A DNA stretch of 64,000 nt, taken from positions 558,001 through 622,000 of the forward strand of contig CBFDEM010000002.1 in the NCBI GenBank assembly GCA_965603825.1, written 5' to 3'. This document shows positions 9,515-19,970 of this stretch, piece after piece. The notes beneath the pieces were generated by a model. That model had not been told where the DNA came from. It made no database searches and saw only the letters and a program-made list of their open reading frames with translations. The position numbers and the translations under genes are program-made. How positions within the stretch are numbered: position 1 is the stretch's first letter; each line of letters begins with the position of its first letter. Source of the stretch: Blepharisma stoltei ATCC 30299. Taxonomy: Eukaryota; Protista; Ciliophora.

Positions 9515-10630
9515 ATGCACATATATTTATCTCGAGTAGATTCTGAACCAATCTACTTAGAAATTGACGAATCCGGTACTATTGAAGATATAAAAGTCAT
9601 CATAGAAGTAGAAATCTCAATCCCTATAGCAAACCAAGCTCTATTTTTCTCAGGCAAGCTCTTAGAAAACTCTTCCAGAATTCTTGAAAATGGTATATAT
9701 GAAGATGCTGTCCTAGATTTAACCCCGATCAATTCTGAGCTTCGTCGTCAAGCAATTGAGTTAATCAGTCAATATCAGAAAAACCCTTCTTACTACAACT
9801 ATTTATCCCAAAACAACCCAGCTCTAGCAGAAGGCGTTAAAACAAGTGACCCAATAATTATAGAAGAAATCCTTCTAAGCACAATCCAAGCTAACAAGCA
9901 GCATGAAATAGAGCAGCGTCGCAAGGAAGCCGTGCTTGACTATGATCCCTTAAACCCTGAATATCAGCGACAAATTGAACAAAAAATCCATCAAGAAAAC
10001 ATTAACCAAAATTTAGAATATGCCCAAGAATTTATGCCTGAAGTATTTGCATCAGTAGAAATGCTTTATATTGACTGCAAAGTAAACAAAATGCCTTTGC
10101 AAGCTTTTGTAGATTCTGGAGCACAAAATACAATCATGTCAAAAGAATGTGCACAGAGGGTAGGAATCATGAGATTAGTAGACACAAGGTTCCGTGGAGA
10201 AGCAAGAGGAGTAGGTGTAGGAACTATAATCGGAAGGGTGCATGCAGCTAATATAGAAATTGGAGGGAAAATTTTTAATTGCTGTTTTCATGTTTTAGAA
10301 GTTTCGGATATAGATTTATTATTTGGATTGGATATGCTGAAAAGGCATCAATGCAGCATTGATTTGTTTAAAAATAAGCTTGTGCTTAATGCTGGGGAGA
10401 TTGAGGTGCCGTTTTTAAGTGAAGGGGAAGTGAAACATAAAAGAGGAAAAGGCGGAGATTTAAGCCCAACAAAGCTTGAAAAGCAGCAGAGCAGTGAGGG
10501 GGAAAATCCGATCGAAGGATTGATGAAGTTAGGGTTTTCTCAGAAAGATGCAGAAGAAGCGATGAAGGTTTGCAATGGAAATCCAGATCTAGCAGCGAGT
10601 TATTTGTTTCAAAAAATGAATTTTGGCTAA
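9515..10630 (+). CDS. DDI1: DNA damage-inducible 1 (UBL, retroviral-like aspartic protease, UBA), 371 aa
   Basis: MLYIDCKVN, AFVDSGAQNTIMS, LFGLDMLKRHQC, C-terminal UBA (LGFS..GNPDLAASYL). Confidence 0.96.
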   Translation: MHIYLSRVDSEPIYLEIDESGTIEDIKVIIEVEISIPIANQALFFSGKLLENSSRILENGIYEDAVLDLTPINSELRRQAIELISQYQKNPSYYNYLSQNNPALAEGVKTSDPIIIEEILLSTIQANKQHEIEQRRKEAVLDYDPLNPEYQRQIEQKIHQENINQNLEYAQEFMPEVFASVEMLYIDCKVNKMPLQAFVDSGAQNTIMSKECAQRVGIMRLVDTRFRGEARGVGVGTIIGRVHAANIEIGGKIFNCCFHVLEVSDIDLLFGLDMLKRHQCSIDLFKNKLVLNAGEIEVPFLSEGEVKHKRGKGGDLSPTKLEKQQSSEGENPIEGLMKLGFSQKDAEEAMKVCNGNPDLAASYLFQKMNFG

Positions 10631-10833
10631 CTAAATAAAGATAGTTTTAATAATTTAATGCCAAACTAATTAATGGCTATATGATATAGTTTTTTGATTG
10701 TTTAGCCAGTATCATTTCACTGACAGTTATTGAGTTTTCAAGCCATCAGCCATCCAATAAAATATCAATCTTCACTAATATTCCATAGAAAACTCTATCC
10801 AATTTAATTAATCTTCATACTAAGCTATAATAA

Positions 10834-11553
10834 ATGTCAAATCATATCCCTGAAATTTCAACTGCTTCTACATCAGGCTCTCCTTCCCTCCTTGAAGCTA
10901 AAAAACAGCGAAAGCAACTTCAGCAAGATGCTGCTCTTTTATCCAACCGTATCAAGCTTCTTCAAATGGAAGAAGAAAGGACATGGAAAAAGATCGAAGA
11001 AGCCAAAAAACGAAAAAATCAAGTTGAGTCCTCCAAACTTCGCAATGAAAACAAACAAAAAGAGATCGAAAAATTAACCCAAATCAAAGAGCAAATACGA
11101 CAAGAAGCCCAAGAGAAAATAAAAAAACTAAAATTCGAGCGTAATTCAGGGAAAAATAAAAATATTGAATCCATACAAAGTGTGAGAAAAGACTGTTATA
11201 AATATGGGAGGGAATGAAAAATTTATAGTTTGCAGCAAAGACAAATCACTGATCAAGCTTATAGAGAGAAAAACAAACAAAAAGCACTGAGTGTTAAATT
11301 GGAAGAAAGGCACAGACAGGTAAAGCTTAAGAAAAGATATGATAAGCGTGAAGAAGAAAATAAAGAAGATTATTTGAAAAGAGTTAAACAAGAAGAGGAA
11401 GCTAAAAAGCAGCTAGAAAAGCATGTTATGGAAATGGAATTATTAGAAATGGAGCTAATAAGGAAATTACAGCACACCCAGTTGATACAGCAAGAAGCAA
11501 TTTCTGATTTGGAAAAAGCTATTTCTTATAACTCTGGATCTGTTCAAGAATAA
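10834..11553 (+). CDS. Coiled-coil protein, 239 aa (TGA 11215=Trp)
   Basis: Two same-frame track ORFs joined by one TGA; K/E/Q-rich heptads. Confidence 0.8.
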
Positions 11554-11595
11554 GGTTTAAAATTTTATAAGATAAAATAAGTTAATTGCTTATAA

Positions 11596-13791
11596 TTAAG
11601 CTTCAATTTTAAGGAAAAACGGCGTTGCATCAGGATCTAGCCTTGAACCTCTGATTTGAGATCTTTCAGTAGGCATGCTCTCGGAAAGAAGGTCGTCGAC
11701 AAATTTTACATGATATTGATCTTCTGAAGTAGTTCCAATTTCATAAATTGAATTTTTTCGTTCCAAGCTTTCTTTTAAGAAAAGTGGAGTAAAATTGGCT
11801 TCAGCAAATGGTTTGTGAAAATCGAGTTTGTCTTCTCTTGGAAATGTGTAATCTAATAGCTTATGCCTCAAATGATTCAAATTGAGAAATTCATATAAGG
11901 AGCTGTAACCATAATCCTGCCATTCTATCTTCCCGAATTTAGAAAATAAATGCTGCTCAAGTTGGGAAACGTCTTCTAAAGTGTTAATTTCTGCAACAAT
12001 GTCTTCTAGCTTGATTTTAGATTCGTAAAACGCATATGCTTGAAATGCTTCTTTTGTCTCTATTTTTATATTTTCTATTGTCTGCAGCAAATCCTTTAGT
12101 TTTGGGAAACCAAATTTAGCAATATGATATTGATTTAGCGATTTCTTTTTCAAATGAGAAGGAATCTGAGCTAATGGGATTCCGTTTTTAGCCTCTTTTA
12201 AAACTTCTATGATATTTGTCTTAATTTCTTCTAAAGTCATATGAAAGCTTTCCTCTTCAATATCGTATTCAAACCTAGGATTGAGAACTAATAAAGCTTT
12301 ATTATATCGGATAATATCTTCATCTATAGCTATTTGTACCATATAGCTTAATTTTCCTAAGGAAAATTCAGATAAATGTGTGGGGCCATAAAATTTTACG
12401 AGCTGTGCACATCCATATCTGCCTCCTTGGATAGCTAAACTTTTGTCTGGGTCGCTTTTAAAATAGTCTTTGAAAAAATCTACCAAACAGCTTCATTCTT
12501 TAGTGCTTTTTATATTTAATGGATCTCCAGCTTTGATATGTTGGTCATAAGAAAACCATTGCTCTTCACTTGGAAAAATTAATGAAACTACGTCGTTCTT
12601 TAAATCATTTACATTGCTAACTTGAAAATTATTTGATTTTTTGCATTCTTCAATCATATTTTCCCATTGTAAATTATCTGGCTTGATGCCGAGAGCTTCT
12701 TTAAATCTTGATTGAATAGTTTTTTCAGTTGGAAGAAATTCATCAGATTTTAAAGATTTAAGAACCCATGATAAGCTTTCTAAGCTCAGGCTTTCTAATT
12801 TTAATCCAATAAAATTTTTGGAACCAAATCTACCAAATTGCTTTCTTGATAAAAATATGATTTCTAAGCTACTAGCTTCATCTAAAATTTTATGACATTT
12901 TTCGGCGCTGAAACCATATTTTATTGAAAAATCAGTTATCAACAGCTCAAGTTCTACCATCACTTGTCCTTTCTCAGCAAAAGTCTTTAATATTTCTATC
13001 AAAAAATCATGAATCTGCTTTTGACCACATTTTGGAATGAAAGCTTGCTGTTTATTACAAACTCCAATCGATACATTTAATTTTTCAGTTTTTATTTTGT
13101 CTAACTCAGAATCTTGAAGATCTAACTGGTTTGCGATTCTATAAAACTCAGAGGGATCGGGTAAGAAGCAAATGCTCTTTATTTCTAACGGAAAAATTGA
13201 CATTGAAAACAATAGGGTAGCATTCGGTAAATTATTTTGGATTCTCATTAGATGCGGCTTCATATATGGTGCATTAGCACTAAGTACCAAAATATTAGTT
13301 AAATATTTTCCAGCGGTTACGGATAGATCCAAAATAAACGTTTCTATGTTTCGCAACTCTTTGGAAACTACAAAATCTATCCCGAATTCATCAAAAATCT
13401 TGCTCCATTTTTGATGATTTTCCCCGAAGGCTTTAATTTCTGTGATACTGCTATAATTTTTTCGAATATTTTTTATAGTGGATTTAATGTCATCTTTTTT
13501 ATGTATTTCGCAGGTGTGTAAATCCCAGAATACTGAAACCTTTTTGATAGTAGGAAGCATCTCTTGAACATGGCTAAGATGGATACGAATGCATTTTTCG
13601 CAAAAAGGGACCTCACAAGTGCAGCATTTTCTTTGAGCTGTAGATGCGCAATGCTTGCATATGGGTTGCCGGGTATGGAATTTTCTTTTTCCTCCCCTAT
13701 GGATCATATCATAGCATTTTGTGCAAAAAGCCTCATCGCATTCAGTGCAAGTGAGAGAAGCATTTAAAGCACTGCACTCTTCACAATACAT
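11596..13791 (-). CDS. B-box Zn fingers + degenerate NYN + OST-HTH/LOTUS domains + C-terminal PAM2-like motif, 731 aa (TGA 12493=Trp)
   Basis: Two CxxC..CxxC..FCxxC..H arrays; VSVFWD (NYN strand 1); GGRYGCAQ..SLGKL..VQIAI; IPLAQIP..FGFPKLKDLL; YGYSSLYEFL; SRLDPDATPF. Confidence 0.8.
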
Positions 13792-14129
13792 TGGATTTAT
13801 AAATTTTAAACTTTTTTTGAGAGGTTGAATAAATGGAGCTTAATATTTAGCTAATTGTTATACAAGTTATAAATTTTTCCTAGAGGTATATTGCTGCTGT
13901 AATAGAGGAATTTTGGTTAATTTTTGGAATTTATCAGAAAGTCTCACTTTTTTTATTTGATATTTTTTAAATTAGCTAGTTAATATTAAGCTGCTTACCT
14001 TAGCTTGGAGAGAAAAATTAACTTATTGAAGTCTAATAAAAAATTAATATTTATAAATAATCATTTAATATATGAAACCATTTTTGATTTTAATAATAAA
14101 ACTATAAGTGAAAAAAAAATAGTTAATTA

Positions 14130-15179
14130 TTACTCAATATGGATTTTACATCTACTTGGACATCTTATTTGCTTCATAATTTTTTCAGCAAAAGAGGAAG
14201 TATTTTTAAGTGCCCTTAAAGAGACTTCTTGATAATTCTCATTGGAAATCTTTAAATTTTCCAAATTTTCAGGAGTTTTAATTTTTCTTTTTTCACTGTT
14301 TCGATTAGATGAAAACATCTGCTCATAGTTAATAATATTCTCAAGCACTTGTTCACCTTTAACTGAGTTCCTAAAAATTTTTTGTAATTTCCAGAATGGC
14401 ATTTCTCTTAATTTCAATTTATACCTAGAAGTAGATGAGCTTAAAATTCTTTTTGGTTTCTCGTTTTCGTTTTTCTTTGCAGGACTATCTTCAGATTTTA
14501 GAGATCTTTCCACAATTGGATTTACAGCAGATATTTTACTTAAATTTAAAGATGGAATTTCGTTTATGATGTGCTGCTTTACAGGTGTATGTCGTTTAGA
14601 AGATTGCTGGCTTTCAAGGATTTTTTCGATGTCAGATTTTTGAGATACTCTTAAAGCATTAGGAGAAATATTAGCAGAGCGTGAAATATTTTCTCTTTTA
14701 GTAAGTTCATCTAGCACTGGCTTAACTAATTGCTTTTCGCTGGAATTTTTGGAATAAATCAAATTCGAGCTATTTATTTTTTGTAAAGATTTTGGCAGAG
14801 AAAAATTAGTATAGCTGGTATTGGATTCTTTTAAGTTGCTTCTTGATGATTGCTTTGATGAGGCCAAACTGAAGGATTTATTGATATAACCATGCATCAA
14901 ATTCCCACGGCTTGAACTTGAAGGTGTTCTTGAAGGAGTTAAAGATTTTTTACTGCTAAAACTTCTATCAACGCCCTTTGGGACATCTAGAAGTTTATAT
15001 TTCTTTTCAAAAGTAATTATATTAATATAGCGCTTTTTGACGAATTTTTCTTTGGAAGATTTCATAGCCTTGACTTCCTTTACTAGAGAGTGGTTTTGAC
15101 TTTTAGATGGCATAGCCAATAAATTTGAAGTATTTAATCCAATGCCCTCAATAACTCCAATATTTGTTTTCGAATTCAT
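14130..15179 (-). CDS. Hypothetical Ser/Lys-rich protein, 349 aa
   Basis: Long ORF, ATG to TAA, low complexity, no recognised domain. Confidence 0.7.
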   Translation of the reverse strand: MNSKTNIGVIEGIGLNTSNLLAMPSKSQNHSLVKEVKAMKSSKEKFVKKRYINIITFEKKYKLLDVPKGVDRSFSSKKSLTPSRTPSSSSRGNLMHGYINKSFSLASSKQSSRSNLKESNTSYTNFSLPKSLQKINSSNLIYSKNSSEKQLVKPVLDELTKRENISRSANISPNALRVSQKSDIEKILESQQSSKRHTPVKQHIINEIPSLNLSKISAVNPIVERSLKSEDSPAKKNENEKPKRILSSSTSRYKLKLREMPFWKLQKIFRNSVKGEQVLENIINYEQMFSSNRNSEKRKIKTPENLENLKISNENYQEVSLRALKNTSSFAEKIMKQIRCPSRCKIHIE

Positions 15180-15229
15180 TTTTTCCGTTAGCTTCTTTTA
15201 CTTATATAATGAAAATCAAAATAACTTAA

Positions 15230-16060
15230 ATGTCAAAGATTCAAGAAAGAAATTCAAATAGATTAGCCAATGGTAGACTTCATATAGGAAAAAGCACAGT
15301 TTATAGACCTAGCATGCGCTATAAAGAATGGAGAGGCTCGAAAAGTGGAGAACTTTCAAAAGAATACTCAAAAGAAAATTCTTACAAAATGAAGCTTGAA
15401 TTTCCAGAAAAAGAAGAAATAAATCATATTGACACTCAAACCCCTCATTTTATTGGAAAGTCAAATGACAAGCTCAGCAATTTTTTGTCGTCAATTGGAC
15501 TTGAAAAATACATTTCTCAATTCAAAATGAACCAAATTTCTATGGAAGATTTGCCTTATCTTACAAAAGAAGACTTTCAAGATTTAGGCTTGCCAATAGG
15601 CCCAAGGAATCGACTCATAAAATTTCTTAATGAGCAGAAAGGTGAGAATCAAGAAATAAGAGAAAATGATGATTGAAATGGGATTGAAGAGAAGGAAGAA
15701 TACGAAGAAGAAATGGAAGAAAAAGAACTAGAAGATAAGGAAATGAGCTTAAAAGAATTCGAAGAAGTTATATTAAAAATTTCAGAACAGCAGATAGGCA
15801 TGATGGAAGCTATTGAAGAAAACCAAAGAGCTATTGTAAAATTAGCAAGCTCAATTGCTCAAGATACCGAATCGAATGCATCGGAAGCGATGTCTAGCAG
15901 ACTTTCAAGCTATGAATCTTTTGATAGGAGTAAATCACCGTCAAGATTCGCCCAGCCAACATTGAGTTCGATGGCAAAACAAAAAGTGATCCCAAACAAA
16001 TACATGAAAGTTAGCCCACTGAGACAAGCTTATGCCTTGAAATATTTGAGTAGCCAATAA
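15230..16060 (+). CDS. SAM-domain + coiled-coil protein, 276 aa (TGA 15674=Trp)
   Basis: FLSSIGLEKYISQF..LPYLTKEDFQDLGLPIGPRNRL matches the SAM consensus. Confidence 0.85.
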
Positions 16061-16287
16061 ATTTAAATATGATAAAATTAGTCTTAATTGTATTGATTTA
16101 ACAAATTCTTTTAAGTTTCAACTTTTACAATTTTTATTATTGCAATGTTCTTTTGAGATTCAACGTTAAAATTTATAATATAAGTCAAATTTGCATTTGG
16201 CTTTAAGTGTCAGTCGGAATCTTTAAAATTTTAGCCTAATATATACAAAGATTTAATCCCATATTTTAAAAAATCGTTAAAAATTTA

Positions 16288-16728
16288 ATGGAAATAACGA
16301 AGTTTATCATTTTACTTTTTACCTTTGCTTTTGCTTCAGATGTTATAGGGGAAGCGTACTCAGAAGAATTGAAGTCAAAAAGTACCTCAGCAATCACTTA
16401 TAAGCTTGCCTCAGTAGCTGGCTATACAATTCAAGATCTCTCTGGTTGGATTTCTCCAAGGATAGTGAGCGAATTAACACTTGACAGTCAAGACGCATCA
16501 ATTACAGGATCAGCTGATGTAATTCCATCAGAATCTCAATATTATGATGGGTCTAGCAATCTTCATGCGTCGAGCTTAAGATGCAGATTATTAGTTTCAA
16601 TTAAAACTTGCACAGCTTTGCCAAGCTGTGGCTGGTGTGGGTCATCAAATATTTGCATACCTGGAAGTTTGGAAGGGCCACTTTATCCATGTGAATTAGG
16701 ACATTACACATATACTTATAATATTTAA
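16288..16728 (+). CDS. Secreted small protein with PSI-like Cys module, 146 aa
   Basis: Signal peptide; CTALPSCGWCGSSNICIPG..GP..C. Confidence 0.78.
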   Translation: MEITKFIILLFTFAFASDVIGEAYSEELKSKSTSAITYKLASVAGYTIQDLSGWISPRIVSELTLDSQDASITGSADVIPSESQYYDGSSNLHASSLRCRLLVSIKTCTALPSCGWCGSSNICIPGSLEGPLYPCELGHYTYTYNI

Positions 16729-17426
16729 CTGAAATTTTTAATCTTAAATTGGACTTACTAATTGGGGATAAAGATATTGAACTAGTAATATAAATTAAAT
16801 TTAACAATCAGACAAAATTGTGAATTTATAATATATGCTTCCATAGCATAAACCTAAATGAAAGATTAAGGTAGCAGAAATAAATTATCAATGAACTTCT
16901 CACATTTGTAATTTATCTTATAATTAAGTAATAGAAAATTTTCGTTAGGATTTAAACTTAGCTATAAAGATTTTGTAGGTATTGAATGCCAAATAATAGC
17001 TAGCCAATGCTAAGAGAAAGCTTACTTCGCAGACTAATTATAAAGATTCTAAATAGAAACTTAAAAATGTATTTAAATGCTTGATTTAAAAACGAAAGGT
17101 TTCTAAATCTTCTACATTATTTACAAAAATGGATATGAATTAAACGTGACATCTTATCAGATTCGCCATTTTTATAGCTTTAAAAGTATTCAAAGCCATT
17201 TTAGAATATAGTTAAGCTTTAAACTTTGATTTGTCTGCCAATTTAATTTTTTGAATCTAGCATCTGCTCTCATAACACGAAAACATTTATTAATTTTTGG
17301 ATAAATGCGAAAATTTTTTTTGCACGAAATAAGATGGCTAAAAAAATATCATTACAAAAGTCAGATAATATGGCTAAGTGAAAAATGTGCATTTATCTAC
17401 TATTTTAGTTCTTTTATATAATAATT

Positions 17427-19091
17427 ATGAAAGTTCTTATCTATTTTCTTTCAGCTTTAAAATTTTTTGCATCAGCATTTGGCGATGGATCTCTTGATGG
17501 ATATTTTACTTATTCTGAAATCATAAGCTTTATGCAAAATTTAACTTCAACATTTCCAGGGCTTGCCAGATCAGGGACAATTGGCAAAACATATAATGGT
17601 GAAGATATCCACTATTTACAGCTATCAACCACATCAGGCTTAAGCCAAGATCAAAAAACTGGCATAGTTATAACAGCAGCCCAATTTGCAGGATATCCCC
17701 AAGGCGTTTCTCAAGTAATGTTTACTGCACAAGAATTCTCTAACAGTTATAGCTCAGACCCTAATGCAACTTTTATTTTGAGTGTTTCCAATATTTGGTT
17801 AATACCGGTCATCAATGTAGATGGCTACAAAAATATTGAAAATGTTTACAGAGAAAGTAAGAGTTTCGATGTTAATTTGAAAAATCTCAATACATCTGGA
17901 TGTTCAACTGGAGGCGGGGTCAATCTTGATAGAAACTGGGGATACAAATGGGATCATGGCGAATCATCAAATGACCCTTGTGATCCAACTTATCATGGCT
18001 GAAATGCTTTTTCAGAGCCTGAAACGAGTGCTTTGAGGTCTTTTATTGAAGATAAGAATATTACTTTATGGGTGCACTATGACAGAAATGGGAGTTATTG
18101 CACAATTCCATATACTTTTTCTGAGTTATCTGATTTTTCAGTAGCGGAGCAGCCATTTTACGATCAATTATATTATTCTCAGGGGCGCATTTATTCAGTA
18201 GGAAAAGCAAAGCCATCCTATGGGTCAAACGAGGATGGAACATTGATTGATTATGCTTTCTCACAAGGAATCTTTTCCTTAGAGATTGGAATAAATCCAC
18301 ATAATAGCATGGAGTTGTTTTATGATTATTATAATGGGCTAATTGAAATTATGAGCCTTTCAAATTTTTACATCGACATTTCATATTCTTCTTTATATGA
18401 AACCAGCTGTAAGGATGCCTACCTTTGCATTAACTCTAATTCAAGCAGTTACTTTACTTTAATGATTGACATTAGTAATAATGGCATTAGAGACGCTCTA
18501 AATTTAAAATTGTTGCTGCTTGCTTCAAATCCAGCTGGAAATGGATATACGCTATCACCTACAAGTTTGGAAATGTTTTCGAGCTGGAATTATAATTATA
18601 TTCCTATGACAATTTCTACAAATTCTAGCTATATATCGATGGATGCCAATTTTGATATTTTAGCCTTCAGTTCTATCAGGTTTTATTTGACAGTTGAAAA
18701 AGCTTTTATCGAAGAAGCTGATAAAGAGGTTCAAATTAATTATGAATGGCAAATTTTAGAAGGAAGTATACTGGCTTATGATGGTAATAATGAAAATTTG
18801 AATATATCTAGAAAATTAATGGAAAGCGAATATTATTATAGTAATAGTGAAGATGATAAACCTTATAGTAAATGGATAGCTGTTGGGATTGGCTTCGGAA
18901 TTGAAACAATCGTGATATGCATCTTGATATGGCTTGTATGTCACTATAAGAAGAAATTGAAAGAATCTACACGCTTTGATCCGTCTAAAAATGAAGGAAG
19001 GTTCAATGGTCAGCTACAATTCAAGCCAATTGGAACACCTGGAGAAACTATTGACAACTCTCCACAAAGATTTGAGTCACCACAGATTTAG
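17427..19091 (+). CDS. Type I membrane M14 carboxypeptidase-like protein, 554 aa (TGA 18000=Trp)
   Basis: Signal peptide; IGKTYNGEDI, LIPVINVDG, GVNLDRNW, SNDPCDPTYHG[W]NAFSEPET; C-terminal TM helix. Confidence 0.88.
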
Positions 19092-19142
19092 GAGTAACCA
19101 TTTTAACTAATTTGTGCCGTTAAATATATTTTAAATTTAAAA

Positions 19143-19943
19143 ATGATATTCCTACTTTTTATTTTAAACTTAGCTCAGGCTGGACATCCTGGATTATTCA
19201 AGCAATCTACAATTCTTACACAAAAACTCCAAAAATCTTTATGGGATGAAGCTTTAAATGACCTGGACTCAATCCAAAGCCAATTTAGCTATACATTTGA
19301 CGATTTTCTTCAATGGAGAGAAAGGTTTGTGCAGCTTCAAGAAAGCACCAACGAGCAAATCTTACGAGAACTCTTTGGCAAGGTAGGGGAAAGGGACTTA
19401 CGAAAAGAATTATCAAGATGCGGAATTTTAAAAACATTTGACCCTGACATCAAATATATCCAAGACGTCTGCAAAGCAAAGAATTCTGCTTATCAAATAG
19501 TGAAACTTGAGCTTGGAGATTTGGCTGATAAAACAAAAGACTGTTCTTTGGTTGTCCCAAAGTTCAAGGTGAGCATTGATACAGCTTATGATGATTTTTT
19601 GATCAGTCCTTTAAGCTTTCTTCAAATATCGAAAAAAATCGATGAAGATGAAGAAGCAGTTAACATTGTGGATACTGAACAGTCGGAGCTCATGCTCCAA
19701 GCAAATGATGAAATTATTGAGAAAGATAAGGCTAATACAGCGTTTCTAGATGAAAAGCAGCCAAGTGATAGCTCTTCTCAATCTCCACAAGCAGCATCAC
19801 AACGAAAAAATCCAATGCAAAATATCATAGACTTATATGACAAAGAGGCAGAAAATGTGTGCAAAGACTACAAAGATTTGACGTCAAAATTGCTAAATTT
19901 ATATCAGTCAGGACAATTATTAGTTAATAAAATTTCATTTTAA
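19143..19943 (+). CDS. Secreted helical protein, 266 aa
   Basis: Signal peptide, acidic helical composition, SFLQ motif. Confidence 0.75.
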   Translation: MIFLLFILNLAQAGHPGLFKQSTILTQKLQKSLWDEALNDLDSIQSQFSYTFDDFLQWRERFVQLQESTNEQILRELFGKVGERDLRKELSRCGILKTFDPDIKYIQDVCKAKNSAYQIVKLELGDLADKTKDCSLVVPKFKVSIDTAYDDFLISPLSFLQISKKIDEDEEAVNIVDTEQSELMLQANDEIIEKDKANTAFLDEKQPSDSSSQSPQAASQRKNPMQNIIDLYDKEAENVCKDYKDLTSKLLNLYQSGQLLVNKISF

Positions 19944-19970
19944 GCATTTTAAAAAAGACGACATTAATAA

